This document shows, piece after piece, positions 1 to 10,069 of a stretch of DNA of 64,000 nt. The notes under the pieces are model-generated. The model worked only from the letters and a program-made list of their open reading frames with translations. It searched no databases and was not told the origin of the DNA. A program made the translations under genes and the position numbers. Source of the DNA: an uncultured Paenalcaligenes sp. (GTDB lineage Bacteria > Pseudomonadota > Gammaproteobacteria > Burkholderiales > Burkholderiaceae_B); NCBI GenBank assembly GCA_947632305.1, contig CANROS010000001.1, positions 708 through 64,707 on the forward strand, in the 5' to 3' direction. The first letter of the stretch is position 1. The number at the start of each line of letters is the position of its first letter.

Positions 1-1
1 A

Positions 2-1627
2 GATCATACGGGGCCGGTGGCCGAGGCCGAGACCAATGCAGCCCGTATTTTTCATGCGGACCATTGTTTCTTTGTGACTAACGGTACATCAACCTCTAAT
101 AAAATTGTGTGGCATGCCAACGTAGCCAATAACGATATTGTAGTGGTGGATCGTAACTGCCATAAGTCCATTTTGCACGCTATTACCATGACTGGGGCCA
201 TCCCCGTGTTTTTGCGTCCTACTCGCAATCACCTTGGTATTATTGGGCCTATTCCTTTAGATGAGTTCTCTCCAGAAAGCATCCAGCGCAAGATTGAAGC
301 CAATCCTTTTGCACGCGAAGCTGCCAATAAAACCCCACGTATTTTGACATTGACTCAAAGTACCTATGATGGGGTGATTTATAACGTAGAGCACATCAAA
401 GAAACGCTAGGTGAAAGCATAGAGACCTTGCACTTTGATGAAGCCTGGTTGCCCCATGCAGCCTTTCATAGTTTTTATAAAGACATGCATGCGATTGGGC
501 CAAACCGCCCACGTAGCAAAAACACCATGGTGTATGCCACGCATTCCACGCATAAATTATTAGCTGGGTTGTCCCAAGCTTCACAAATTACTGTTCAAGA
601 TGCTCAGGATCGCGCCCTAGACCGTAATATTTTTAATGAAGCCTATTTGATGCATACTTCTACCTCACCGCAGTATGCGATTATTGCTTCCTGCGATGTG
701 GCGGCAGCCATGATGGAACCCCCCGGCGGCACCGCCTTGGTCGAGGAAAGCATCAAGGAAGCCCTAGCGTTCCGTCGGGCGATGCGTAAAGTCGCCTCAG
801 AATATGGTAAAGACGACTGGTGGTTCCAAGTTTGGGGCCCCGATAAACTGACTAACGAGGGTATTGGCAGCCGCGACGATTGGCTTTTGAAATCCGGCGA
901 CAAATGGCATGGGTTTGGTGAGTTGGCCGAAGGCTTCAATATGCTGGACCCCATTAAAGCGACGGTGGTCACTCCCGGGTTGGATATCTCTGGCACCTTT
1001 GCTGAAACGGGTATTCCGGCTGCTTTGGTCTCCAAGTATTTGGCTGAGCACGGCGTGGTCGTAGAAAAAACAGGGCTGTATTCCTTCTTTATTTTATTTA
1101 CCATTGGTATTACCAAAGGTCGTTGGAATACGCTGTTAACGGCTTTACAGCAGTTTAAAGATGACTACGATCGTAATCAGCCTTTGTGGCGTATTTTGCC
1201 TGACTTTTGTAAAGCGCACCCAAAATATGACCGCTTAGGTTTACGTGACTTATGTCAGATGATTCACGAGGTCTATAAAAAATACGATTTGGCTCGTTTA
1301 ACAACAGAGGTCTATCTTAGCGATATGATCCCAGCCATGAAACCTTCGGATGCTTACGCCAAAATGGCGCATCGCGAAGTAGAGCGAGTCAGCATCGATG
1401 AGCTCGAAGGACGTGTGACAGGTGTGTTGCTTACGCCGTACCCTCCAGGTATTCCGTTATTGATTCCGGGCGAGCGCTTTAATCGTATGATTGTGGATTA
1501 CTTGCAGTTTGCGCGTGAATTTAATGCCGAGTTTCCTGGTTTTGAAACTTATGTGCATGGTTTGGCTCAAGACATTGGCCCAGACGGTAAGCCTCGTCAT
1601 TATGTGGATTGTATTCGTGAAGATTAA
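2..1627 (+). CDS. Orn/Lys/Arg decarboxylase, PLP-dependent (5'-truncated by window edge)
   Basis: Frame is open from base 2 (DHTGPVAEAE...); motifs VTNGTSTSNK, DRNCHKS, HFDEAW, PLP lysine HSTHK, STSPQY, PYPPGIP. Confidence 0.93.
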   Translation, partial: DHTGPVAEAETNAARIFHADHCFFVTNGTSTSNKIVWHANVANNDIVVVDRNCHKSILHAITMTGAIPVFLRPTRNHLGIIGPIPLDEFSPESIQRKIEANPFAREAANKTPRILTLTQSTYDGVIYNVEHIKETLGESIETLHFDEAWLPHAAFHSFYKDMHAIGPNRPRSKNTMVYATHSTHKLLAGLSQASQITVQDAQDRALDRNIFNEAYLMHTSTSPQYAIIASCDVAAAMMEPPGGTALVEESIKEALAFRRAMRKVASEYGKDDWWFQVWGPDKLTNEGIGSRDDWLLKSGDKWHGFGELAEGFNMLDPIKATVVTPGLDISGTFAETGIPAALVSKYLAEHGVVVEKTGLYSFFILFTIGITKGRWNTLLTALQQFKDDYDRNQPLWRILPDFCKAHPKYDRLGLRDLCQMIHEVYKKYDLARLTTEVYLSDMIPAMKPSDAYAKMAHREVERVSIDELEGRVTGVLLTPYPPGIPLLIPGERFNRMIVDYLQFAREFNAEFPGFETYVHGLAQDIGPDGKPRHYVDCIRED

Positions 1628-1633
1628 GCCTGT

Positions 1634-2845
1634 ATGACGGTAGCCTTTGATGTAGCTGTGATTGGGGCCGGAGCCGCCGGTATGATGGCGGCTAGTGTGG
1701 CAGGGCAACGGGGCCGTAGCGTGGTGTTAATTGACCACGCTAAAAAACTGGGCGAGAAAATTCGTATTTCGGGAGGGGGGCGCTGCAACTTTACCAATAC
1801 GGGCACCACCCCTCAGAACTTTATTTCCCAAAACCCTAATTTCTGCCGTTCAGCTTTGGCCGCTTATACGCCCACCCACTTTTTGGATTTGATCAAAAGC
1901 TATAGTATTGCTTGGCACGAGAAACACAAAGGCCAGTTATTTTGTGATGACTCTAGTGAATCCATTATTCAGGTATTGCGCCAAGAGTGTCAGAAAGGCG
2001 ATGTGACGTGGCGGATGCCATGTGCAGTCCAAGCCGTACAAAAAACAGAGCAAGGCTATGTGCTCAGTACTGACCAGGGTTCTATTACCTGTGCTCAATT
2101 AGTGATCGCCACAGGAGGTATGGCTTTACCTCAGGTGGGGGCCACGGATTTTGCTTTGCATTTGGCGCGTCAGTTTGGGTTGAAGGTCATTGAGCCCAGA
2201 CCGGCTTTGGTGCCATTGACCTTTGATGGGCAGTTTTGGCAAGACTTTGTGGCACTTAGTGGCGTCAGTGCAGAAGTAGAGCTAAGCGTGCCATTACAAC
2301 CTAAGAAAAAAATGGTTTTTTTAGAGGACCTGCTTTTCACCCATCGTGGTTTATCCGGTCCTGGTATTTTACAAATATCGAGTTATTGGAATCCAGGTGA
2401 GCCTATTTATATTAATTTGGCACCGGATTTGGATTTAAGTCAGAACTTGCTTGAAGCCAAACTAGGCAGCAAGCAACAGCTTGGGAATTACCTATCTTCT
2501 TTGTTGCCTAAGCGTTTGGTAGAGCCTTGGTTAAGTGCTACAGGGGTAGTGGGCACTGCACAGATTCAAAAGCGCCTAGCGGATGTACCCAATAAGGTGT
2601 TGCTACAATTGGCTTCGGCTTTGCAGCAATGGTCGTTAACACCTACAGGTACAGCTGGCTATAAAAAGGCCGAGGTAATGCGTGGTGGGGTGGATACACG
2701 TGAGCTAAATCAAAAAACGATGGCATCACGAACCCATCCCAATCTTTATTTTATAGGCGAGTCAGTGGATGTAACGGGTTGGCTCGGTGGTTATAATTTT
2801 CAGTGGGCATGGGCCTCAGGTGTGGCTTGTGGTCGTGCTCTATAA
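1634..2845 (+). CDS. HI0933/YhiN (BaiN-like) family flavoprotein
   Basis: GAGAAGMMAA, KIRISGGGRCNFTN, LFTHRGLSGP, GGYNFQWAWASG. Confidence 0.92.
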   Translation: MTVAFDVAVIGAGAAGMMAASVAGQRGRSVVLIDHAKKLGEKIRISGGGRCNFTNTGTTPQNFISQNPNFCRSALAAYTPTHFLDLIKSYSIAWHEKHKGQLFCDDSSESIIQVLRQECQKGDVTWRMPCAVQAVQKTEQGYVLSTDQGSITCAQLVIATGGMALPQVGATDFALHLARQFGLKVIEPRPALVPLTFDGQFWQDFVALSGVSAEVELSVPLQPKKKMVFLEDLLFTHRGLSGPGILQISSYWNPGEPIYINLAPDLDLSQNLLEAKLGSKQQLGNYLSSLLPKRLVEPWLSATGVVGTAQIQKRLADVPNKVLLQLASALQQWSLTPTGTAGYKKAEVMRGGVDTRELNQKTMASRTHPNLYFIGESVDVTGWLGGYNFQWAWASGVACGRAL

Positions 2846-2857
2846 AAAGGAAGAAAA

Positions 2858-3232
2858 ATGCAGTTACCTACAGACAGAAAATACCTGACGACTCATGAGT
2901 GGGCCTTAGTCCAAGATGATGTGGTTTTAGTGGGTATTACTGATTTTGCTCAAGACCAATTGGGTGATTTGGTTTTTGTGGGTGATTTCACTACACAGGT
3001 ACATCTAGAGGCAGGGGCTGTAGCGGGTGTAGTCGAGTCAGTTAAAGCCGCTTCGGATATTTATGCACCTGTATCAGGAACCGTGGTCGAGTATAACGAG
3101 CGCTTAGATGATGCACCTGAGCTACTCAATGAAAACCCGTTTGAGACGTGGATTTTTAAAATAAAGCCAGATGACATAGCTGATTTGGAGGCTTTGTTAA
3201 CGGCTGAACAATACCATTCAGAAAACGTCTAA
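2858..3232 (+). CDS. gcvH: Glycine cleavage system H protein (lipoyl carrier)
   Basis: THEW, VGITDFAQDQLGD, lipoyl-lysine motif VESVKAASDIYAPVSG. Confidence 0.93.
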   Translation: MQLPTDRKYLTTHEWALVQDDVVLVGITDFAQDQLGDLVFVGDFTTQVHLEAGAVAGVVESVKAASDIYAPVSGTVVEYNERLDDAPELLNENPFETWIFKIKPDDIADLEALLTAEQYHSENV

Positions 3233-3235
3233 GAC

Positions 3236-3257
3236 AACGCGGCTTGAGCCGCGTTTT
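3236..3257. terminator. Hairpin between convergent gcvH and RpiR genes
   Basis: AACGCGGC-TTGA-GCCGCGTT followed by TT. Confidence 0.65.
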
Positions 3258-4187
3258 CTATAGGTGGGTTTCTATGTTTAAGGCTGCAATCAGCTGTTCT
3301 CGTTTATGAATGGCCTCTAGTGCACTGCTGCCCAGTTCCCAAGCAACTTGATTCAATAAACCCTCAGCCAGTACAAAATAAGCACTGATGCTATTGCTAA
3401 AAAAGCTGCTGTGATAAGGAATTAAAAACGCGTAATCGGTATTGATCGCCAGAGGCGAGGCGGCGTGATCTGTCAAGCTAATGGTAGTCAACTGGGCCTG
3501 CCTAGCGTGTTCATGAATGATCAGTACTTCTTGGGTGTAGGGGCTGACACTGGCAGAAATCAACACATCTTTTGGCTCTAATTGGGCTAAACCCTCGGCC
3601 AAGCCTAAACTGCAGGCGTCTAATCTGGCCACATCAGAACGAATTAAACTCAGTCCGTAAGCCATAAACTGAGCTAAGGCAGAGTACTGACGTACCCCAT
3701 GTATACGCACCCGTTTAGCGCTGGCTATGGCTTGTGCTGCTGCCGCTAAGTGTGGAGGCGACAGCGCTGTTATGCTGTGCTGGATGTTATTAATATTTTC
3801 AGTCGCTAATTGTTCTAGGCGTTGTTGAGTGGTGTCAGCAGCGCTAGAAAACAGAGCACTGCTGCCCCAATGCTGTAATTGGCGACTGGCTTGATGGCTA
3901 TAAAACGTGGGGTTGGGCGGGCTGATGCTATCCCTAAAGAGACGTTGAAATTCAGCAAAACCACTAAAACCCAAACGTTTAGCGAGTCGGGTGAGAGTGG
4001 AGGCATTGACGTCTAGTTGTTGCGCTAATTCAGTAATAGAGAGTAGAGCTGTGTTTTTTGGGTGGCGGAGCAAGCCCGAGAGGGCTGCACGTGTTTTTTC
4101 GCCCAAACGAATAGGAGCTTGTTGCTGGCGAATTTGTGTCGCTAGCTGTTCTAAAGAAAGCAGATCGTGAGGGCGAGTGAAAGGCAT
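3258..4187 (-). CDS. MurR/RpiR family transcriptional regulator (HTH + SIS)
   Basis: SITELAQQLDVNASTLTRLAKRLGFSGFAEFQ HTH; SIS domain (SVSPYT, LTDHAASPLA). Confidence 0.92.
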   Translation of the reverse strand: MPFTRPHDLLSLEQLATQIRQQQAPIRLGEKTRAALSGLLRHPKNTALLSITELAQQLDVNASTLTRLAKRLGFSGFAEFQRLFRDSISPPNPTFYSHQASRQLQHWGSSALFSSAADTTQQRLEQLATENINNIQHSITALSPPHLAAAAQAIASAKRVRIHGVRQYSALAQFMAYGLSLIRSDVARLDACSLGLAEGLAQLEPKDVLISASVSPYTQEVLIIHEHARQAQLTTISLTDHAASPLAINTDYAFLIPYHSSFFSNSISAYFVLAEGLLNQVAWELGSSALEAIHKREQLIAALNIETHL

Positions 4188-4192
4188 AAGAC

Positions 4193-5212
4193 TTATAGAC
4201 GACTGAGGCCTTTAAAACGAAAAACAGGGTCTTGTAAAGGCTCGTCATAGACGGCCCACTCTAAGCCACTGGGAGTGTAGTGAAAGTCGGCAGTAGCGAT
4301 GGTGTTTTCATTGTCAGTGTCGTCTGTTTCACGTCTATAAATGGGAAAACGTGGGTGTGAGCTATCACCTAAAATAGCCAGCGCATTGACTTTGGATTGG
4401 TTGGTTACCCAGTGCTCACCTTGAATTTGCCTATACCCCGAGCTGCCCGTAATGATTTGAGGGTAATTACGCATCTCTGGGTGGATGGCATGATTGGCAT
4501 GAAAATAGGGAGCGGTAATAGCCACATCTGAAACGGCTGCTTGGTTAAATTCGACGCTGTGAATGGCACCATCGGCATCAGCTAGGTTCAGATTAAAGGC
4601 CCCCGAACGAGGTTGAGAGCGCAACAAAGTGACAGCCTCTGTAACGGTGTGGCAGTTTAGAATAGCGCGGCACAGAACCATGCGGGGGATGCCGGGCAAG
4701 GTAAATAGGGCGCGTATGTTGTTGACGGTCATCACCAAATGGTGCTCGTTGACAGCAAAGGTATGCCCCGCTATAGAGCCTGGATAGACAAAAGAGCAGA
4801 AACGAGGACCGTTAGCTGGATTAAATTCAATCACAGCACAATGGCCATAAAACCCTGGATCGCCATCTTCATTGTGGGTAATACGTGGCTGAGGCTGGCA
4901 CTGCAACACGCTAGAGCAGCTGTCTGGAGCCATGGCCCACAAGTCACCTCGACTATTCCAAATAAAAGTGTCTTCTACTGGAATCTCTAAGCCTTGAGCC
5001 AAACCGCTGATTTCCTGCCAAATTAGGGGGAAATCATTTTGTACCAGATGTTGCATAGAGCGAATAGCGTCAGTGTTGCGCCATTGACTAAGCTCTGCCC
5101 AAGCTGGGCTAGGCAGTAAATGGTTATGAAAGGCGGCTGCCCCAAACTGGCCTAACTGCACGCCAAGTTCGTAGGGGGAGCCACTAAGCTGTAAATAGTG
5201 TAAAGAGGACAT
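4193..5212 (-). CDS. Peptidase C45 family Ntn-hydrolase (acyl-CoA:6-APA acyltransferase/Tan-like)
   Basis: LSGSPYELG N-terminus, candidate autoproteolysis site DS|CSS, HNEDG, GHTFAVN, HANH. Confidence 0.85.
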   Translation of the reverse strand: MSSLHYLQLSGSPYELGVQLGQFGAAAFHNHLLPSPAWAELSQWRNTDAIRSMQHLVQNDFPLIWQEISGLAQGLEIPVEDTFIWNSRGDLWAMAPDSCSSVLQCQPQPRITHNEDGDPGFYGHCAVIEFNPANGPRFCSFVYPGSIAGHTFAVNEHHLVMTVNNIRALFTLPGIPRMVLCRAILNCHTVTEAVTLLRSQPRSGAFNLNLADADGAIHSVEFNQAAVSDVAITAPYFHANHAIHPEMRNYPQIITGSSGYRQIQGEHWVTNQSKVNALAILGDSSHPRFPIYRRETDDTDNENTIATADFHYTPSGLEWAVYDEPLQDPVFRFKGLSRL

Positions 5213-5952
5213 TATTCTACGTGCTGTAAAAAAGACTGAAGACGCGCATTAGCGGGGTTTTTGATGAGTTCTTCTGGATGGCCGTCAGCAGAGATTTTGC
5301 CATTTTCCATGAAAATCATACGGTGACCGACTTGACGTGCAAAGGTCATTTCATGAGTGACTACCACCATGGTCATGCCTTCTTCGGCCAGATCCTGCAT
5401 CACTCGTAAAACCTCATGACGTAACTCGGGGTCTAAGGCGGAGGTAGGTTCATCAAAAAGCATCAGCTTGGGTTTAATGGCCAAAGCACGAGCGATGGCT
5501 ACGCGTTGCTGTTGCCCACCTGATAGCTCGCTAGGATAGTGGTTGGCACGCTCTTTGAGGCCCACTTTTTCTAGTAAGAGCAAGGCTTCGGCTTGGGCCT
5601 GTTTTTTGGAAGTGCCTCGAACCTGACGCGGTCCAAAGGCTACATTTTCTAGAGCCGTCATTTGAGGGAACAGATTGAACTGCTGAAAAACCATGCCGGC
5701 TTCTTGGCGTATTTCGCGGATTTGACTGGAACTGCCAAGTACGCTGAGACCGTCTACTAAAAGATCGCCGCCATCAATGCGTTCTAAGACGTTGATGCAA
5801 CGTAACAGGGTAGACTTGCCTGAACCTGAGGGGCCAATTAGCACTGTGACTTCACCGGCTTTTAGATTTAGATCGACTTGATCTAGGACCACGGTGTCAC
5901 CAAAGCGTTTGGTAACCTGACGAAACTCAACCATATTTTGGGTGTTTGTCAT
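5212..5952 (-). CDS. glnQ: Polar amino acid ABC transporter ATPase (GlnQ-like)
   Basis: Walker [30 protein letters not shown]; start moved to ATG 5952 (MTNTQ), ATGA overlap with the permease stop. Confidence 0.9.
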   Translation of the reverse strand: MTNTQNMVEFRQVTKRFGDTVVLDQVDLNLKAGEVTVLIGPSGSGKSTLLRCINVLERIDGGDLLVDGLSVLGSSSQIREIRQEAGMVFQQFNLFPQMTALENVAFGPRQVRGTSKKQAQAEALLLLEKVGLKERANHYPSELSGGQQQRVAIARALAIKPKLMLFDEPTSALDPELRHEVLRVMQDLAEEGMTMVVVTHEMTFARQVGHRMIFMENGKISADGHPEELIKNPANARLQSFLQHVE

Positions 5953-6605
5953 AGCACATGCATCCTTTTTTCGATGAGGCGTAATCCTAAGGACAGCAGA
6001 CCAATCATAATTAAATAAAGAATGGCCACAGCAGTCCAGACCTCTACGGCGCGGAAATTGGAAGCCATGATTTCTTGGCCTTGACGAGTGAGTTCGGCTA
6101 CGCCAATGACAATAAATAAAGAGGTGTCTTTTAAGCTGACAATAAATTGATTGCCCAGCGGTGGCACCATACGTCGGAAAGCGACAGGCCCCACCACAAA
6201 AGCCAGTACACGCCATTTAGGCATGCCCAAGGCTAAGCCCGCCTCGTGTAAGCCTTTGGCTACTGACTGGAAGCTGCCGCGCACAATTTCTGCGATATAG
6301 GCGCCGGAGTTCACAATAATGGTGACAATAGCTGCGGAGAGCGGATCTACACGCAAACCAATAAGCACGGGCAAGGCAAAATAAATAAACATGACTTGGA
6401 CTACGATGGGTGTGCCGCGTACCAAGCCAATATATAAGGTAGCAATGCTGCGTATTAGGGCATTGCCGTAGGCGCGCATTAGGCCAAACAACAAGCCTAT
6501 TAGCATTCCGCCGACTAAACCAATAACGGTGATATAAATTGTTAGTTCAGCCCCTTTGAGTAAAGCGGGCATAGAGCTATAAATAATAGGCCATTCAAAA
6601 TTCAT
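5949..6605 (-). CDS. glnP: Polar amino acid ABC transporter permease (GlnP-like)
   Basis: RGTPIVVQ, AYIAEIVRG, EAA-type loop, LKDTSL. Confidence 0.9.
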   Translation of the reverse strand: MNFEWPIIYSSMPALLKGAELTIYITVIGLVGGMLIGLLFGLMRAYGNALIRSIATLYIGLVRGTPIVVQVMFIYFALPVLIGLRVDPLSAAIVTIIVNSGAYIAEIVRGSFQSVAKGLHEAGLALGMPKWRVLAFVVGPVAFRRMVPPLGNQFIVSLKDTSLFIVIGVAELTRQGQEIMASNFRAVEVWTAVAILYLIMIGLLSLGLRLIEKRMHVL

Positions 6606-6628
6606 ACTAAGCCGTCCTAAGAGGAGAA

Positions 6629-6648
6629 AGCCCCGCTAGGCGGGGGCT
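6629..6648 (-). terminator. Intercistronic hairpin after the binding-protein gene
   Basis: AGCCCCGC-TAG-GCGGGGGCT with a short U tail on the minus strand; typical position for a stoichiometry-setting stem. Confidence 0.5.
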
Positions 6649-6654
6649 AAGGTG

Positions 6655-7404
6655 TTACTTTTTAGGAGGTTGGGTTCCAAACCATTTTTCGTAAATGGCG
6701 TTATAGCGACCATCTTCTTTCATTTTTGCTAGGCTGGCATTGACGTCAGCAATGAGCGTGCTGCCTTTAGGAAAAGCGATGCCGTATTCGTGGGCAAGCA
6801 TTTGATCACCTACGGTTTTAACGCGACCTTGGCCGGCTTCTTTGATGTAATACAACACGTTAGGGGTGTCGTGCATGGCGGCATCAACGCGCCCGGTTTG
6901 TAGTTCTAGGTAGGCGTTGTCGATGTTGGGGAACAAGCGTAGGGTAGTGTCTGTAAAGTTCTCGCGAGCGTATTGTGCCGCGGAGGTACCTGTTTTCAGA
7001 GCTAAGGTTTTATCTTTTAAATCTTCGAAGCTTTGAATATCGCTGTCTGTGGGCACCATTAAGATAAACCCGCTGTCGTAATAGCCATCTGAGAAATCAA
7101 TGGCTTTGCGGCGTTCTTCGGTGATGGTGATACCCGCTAGCGCCACATCGACGTTTTTAGTTTGTAAGGCAGGTAAAATACCGCTGAAATCCATGGGCTG
7201 TAAACGGTATGCCAAGTTTAGGTCTTGAGCGATAGCATCCCACATATCGATATCAAAACCTACATAGGTATCACCTTGTTTAAACTCAAAGGGAACAAAG
7301 GCGGTATCTACGGCCACTACGAGAGGGTTGGCACTTACGGCAGCAGCACTAAGGCTGAAGGCGGCAAAAGCGGTAGTAAACAGCTTGAGGAAGGGGTTCT
7401 TCAT
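6655..7404 (-). CDS. glnH: Periplasmic amino acid-binding protein (GlnH-like)
   Basis: Signal peptide from ATG 7404 (MKNPFLK) preceded by AGGAGA; [25 protein letters not shown]. Confidence 0.88.
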   Translation of the reverse strand: MKNPFLKLFTTAFAAFSLSAAAVSANPLVVAVDTAFVPFEFKQGDTYVGFDIDMWDAIAQDLNLAYRLQPMDFSGILPALQTKNVDVALAGITITEERRKAIDFSDGYYDSGFILMVPTDSDIQSFEDLKDKTLALKTGTSAAQYARENFTDTTLRLFPNIDNAYLELQTGRVDAAMHDTPNVLYYIKEAGQGRVKTVGDQMLAHEYGIAFPKGSTLIADVNASLAKMKEDGRYNAIYEKWFGTQPPKK

Positions 7405-7459
7405 GTTTTCTCCTGTATGAGCTAGACATGTGCATGCGCAGCTAAGGTCAATGCAAAGC

Positions 7460-7501
7460 GCAAAATAATTTGCCTTGGATAAATTTTGCAAATTATTTTG
7501 C
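7460..7501. promoter_or_regulatory. Paired operator-like inverted repeat upstream of glnH
   Basis: GCAAAATAATTTGC (7460-7473) and its exact reverse complement GCAAATTATTTTGC (7488-7501). Confidence 0.6.
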
Positions 7502-7567
7502 ATAGTAGGAGTTCAGCGCCTACCTGTACAGTAGGGCTTATACCCAAAGACTAACGCTCAACTAGAG

Positions 7568-7591
7568 AAAAAGTGGCTGTAAACAGCCACT
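7568..7591 (-). terminator. Rho-independent terminator after the aminotransferase
   Basis: Minus strand AGTGGCTGT-TT-ACAGCCACT followed by TTTT. Confidence 0.7.
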
Positions 7592-7600
7592 GGGGTCGGA

Positions 7601-8749
7601 TCAACGAATACGCTGCAGAATATCAATGGCTTTATCTAGCGTGCTTTCTTTTTTGGCAAAACAAAAACGAATTAAACGTTGCTTTGCAGGAGCCTGTAAA
7701 TAAAACGCACTGTAGGGTATGGTGGCAACGCCATGGTCTTGAATTAATGTATGGCAGTAGCTCATGTCGTCTGCTGCGCTGAGGTGGCTGTAATCGGCGG
7801 TGACGAAATAGCTGCCTTGACTAGGTAAAAACTGCCAAGCGGAGCCTTTAAGTCCATCTAGGAAATATTGTTTTTTCTGTTCATAGAGACTGGCCACGTC
7901 TGCAATATGGCTGGGGTCTGTCATGAGTTCTGCCAGAGCAAATTGGGAGGGCGTATGAACGGAAAAGGTGCTTAAGCTATGAATTTTACGCAGTTCAGCG
8001 CTAATGGCTTGGGGAGCAGCGAAAAAGCCGACTTTCCAACCTGTGATGTGAAAGCTTTTGCCAAAAGAGCCAATCACAATACTGCGCTCTCTTAAGGAGG
8101 GGATGCGGGAGACGCTGATATGGTGATTTGGCCTAAAGACCATGTCGGCATAGACCTCATCGCTAATCACAATGACTGCGCTGCCATCGAGCAAGTTGCC
8201 TAATTGATTTAAATCGTCTGCAGAGAGAATGGTGCCGCTGGGGTTGTGCGGCGAATTTAAAACAATGGCTTTGGTTTTGGGGTTGAGGTTGCGTTTGACT
8301 TCGTCCCAGTCCACCTGAAAGTTCGGCGCTTGTAATTGGACCCGGCGTACCACCCCACCGAATAACTCGATGGTAGGCTCGTAGGTATCATAAGCTGGCT
8401 CAAGAATAATGACTTCATCGCCTGGATTAATTAAGGCGGCAAAACTACAAAACAAGGCTTCCGTCGCCCCACTGCTAACGGTAATTTCCTCATCCGCGTC
8501 GTAACGATGGCCATCCCGTTTTTCTAAATAAGCACTAATTTGCGTGCGTAAAGCGGGGATGCCTTGGCCAGGTGCATACTGATTCAGTCCTTTGAGACTG
8601 TATTTATGAAGTAAATCAATCAGCGTGGGTGAGCAGCCAAAATCCGGAAAACCTTGGGCCAAGTTAATGGCTTTATGCTGCGAGGCTAAGCCCGAAATAT
8701 AAGAAAAAATATTAGGGCGTAGGTGTGGAAGCTTAGATCGTATAGACAT
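7601..8749 (-). CDS. Class I/II PLP aminotransferase, YbdL (methionine aminotransferase)-like
   Basis: INLAQGFPDF, NSPHNPSG, SDEVY, SFGKSFHITGWKVG, IRFCFAK. Confidence 0.88.
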   Translation of the reverse strand: MSIRSKLPHLRPNIFSYISGLASQHKAINLAQGFPDFGCSPTLIDLLHKYSLKGLNQYAPGQGIPALRTQISAYLEKRDGHRYDADEEITVSSGATEALFCSFAALINPGDEVIILEPAYDTYEPTIELFGGVVRRVQLQAPNFQVDWDEVKRNLNPKTKAIVLNSPHNPSGTILSADDLNQLGNLLDGSAVIVISDEVYADMVFRPNHHISVSRIPSLRERSIVIGSFGKSFHITGWKVGFFAAPQAISAELRKIHSLSTFSVHTPSQFALAELMTDPSHIADVASLYEQKKQYFLDGLKGSAWQFLPSQGSYFVTADYSHLSAADDMSYCHTLIQDHGVATIPYSAFYLQAPAKQRLIRFCFAKKESTLDKAIDILQRIR

Positions 8750-8776
8750 AGGCGGATGAGAGTTAGAAGAGTAGAG

Positions 8777-9262
8777 TTAGCTTTGCTTGCTGTAGGTTAC
8801 GAAGTCATAACTGAAACCATTTTCCTCGGGTTGCGGCAAGCGTGCGGTTTCCACCCAGCCTGCAGGTAACTCAGGGAAAAAGGTATCGCCTTCGATATGA
8901 GCATGGATTTCGGTAGCGATGATTTCATCTGCCACCGCTAAGCCCAAAGTGAAAATTTGTTGGCCACCAATAATGCAGGCTTGTTCGTAATCTGAGCAAG
9001 CGGCTAAGGCCTCGTCCAAGCTGGTAAACACAATGGTGCCAGCGGGTTCAAAATCGGGATTACGGCTAATAATGAAATTGGGCCGCCCTGGCAAAGGCCT
9101 ACCTATGGACTCCCAGGTTTTGCGCCCCATAATAATTGGCATTCCTAAGGTCGAGGCCTTGAAATGAGCCAAGTCTTTGGGCAGATGCCAAGGCATGCCG
9201 TTGTCTTTGCCTATACAGCGATTGGTGGTGTAGGCCACAACCATTCTTATTTTTGTTTTCAT
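8777..9262 (-). CDS. folA: Dihydrofolate reductase
   Basis: IGKDNGMPWHLPKDLAHFK, MGRKTWESIGRPLPGR, IIGG, GDTFFP. Confidence 0.96.
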   Translation of the reverse strand: MKTKIRMVVAYTTNRCIGKDNGMPWHLPKDLAHFKASTLGMPIIMGRKTWESIGRPLPGRPNFIISRNPDFEPAGTIVFTSLDEALAACSDYEQACIIGGQQIFTLGLAVADEIIATEIHAHIEGDTFFPELPAGWVETARLPQPEENGFSYDFVTYSKQS

Positions 9263-9264
9263 AA

Positions 9265-10068
9265 TTAAACAGCTACAGGAGCTTTAATGTGGGGGTGAGG
9301 GTCGTAATCGAGAATTTCAAAATCCTCGAGCTGGTAATCAAACAAACTAGCGGGTTTACGGCGTATATGTAATTGAGGGTAGGGGCGGGGTTCGCGACTC
9401 AGTTGAAGTTGTACTTGCTCTAGGTGATTGCTGTAGAGATGGCAGTCGCCTCCGGTCCAAATAAAGTCACCGACCTCTAGATCGCATTGCTGGGCCACCA
9501 TATGGGTGAGCAAGGCATAACTGGCAATATTAAAAGGCACACCTAGAAAAATATCAGCGCTGCGCTGATAGAGTTGGCAGGATAATTTGCCATCAGCGAC
9601 ATAGAACTGAAAGAGGGCGTGGCAGGGCGGTAAGGCCATGTTGCGGATATCCGCTACGTTCCATGCAGAGACAATCAAACGACGTGAATCAGGGTTAGTT
9701 TTGATTTGCTCAATGAGCTGAGTGATTTGATCGATGGGCTCGCCACTAGGGGTGGGCCAAGAGCGCCATTGCACCCCATAGACCGGACCTAGGTCGCCGT
9801 TTGTATCGGCCCACTCGTCCCAAATGGTGACGTTGTGATCATGTAGCCATTTGACGTTGTTATCGCCGCGTAAAAACCAGAGTAATTCCACAAAAATACT
9901 GCGGGTGTGCAGTTTTTTTGTTGTGATCATGGGAAAGCCTTGGGCTAGATCAAAGCGCATTTGATAGCCAAAGGTCGAAAGCGTGCCTGTACCGGTACGG
10001 TCTGTTTTTTTAGAACCGTGTTCGTAGACATGGCGCATTAGCGTTTCGTATTGGTTAAAAGAGCTCAT
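9265..10068 (-). CDS. thyA: Thymidylate synthase
   Basis: [29 protein letters not shown]-terminal APVAV; start set at ATG 10068. Confidence 0.97.
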   Translation of the reverse strand: MSSFNQYETLMRHVYEHGSKKTDRTGTGTLSTFGYQMRFDLAQGFPMITTKKLHTRSIFVELLWFLRGDNNVKWLHDHNVTIWDEWADTNGDLGPVYGVQWRSWPTPSGEPIDQITQLIEQIKTNPDSRRLIVSAWNVADIRNMALPPCHALFQFYVADGKLSCQLYQRSADIFLGVPFNIASYALLTHMVAQQCDLEVGDFIWTGGDCHLYSNHLEQVQLQLSREPRPYPQLHIRRKPASLFDYQLEDFEILDYDPHPHIKAPVAV

Positions 10069-10069
10069 A

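Noticed and set aside
5953-6216. Long N-terminal extension of the GlnQ ORF in the track
   Set aside because: It overlaps glnP out of frame; the ATG at 5952 gives a normal-length ATPase with an ATGA overlap.
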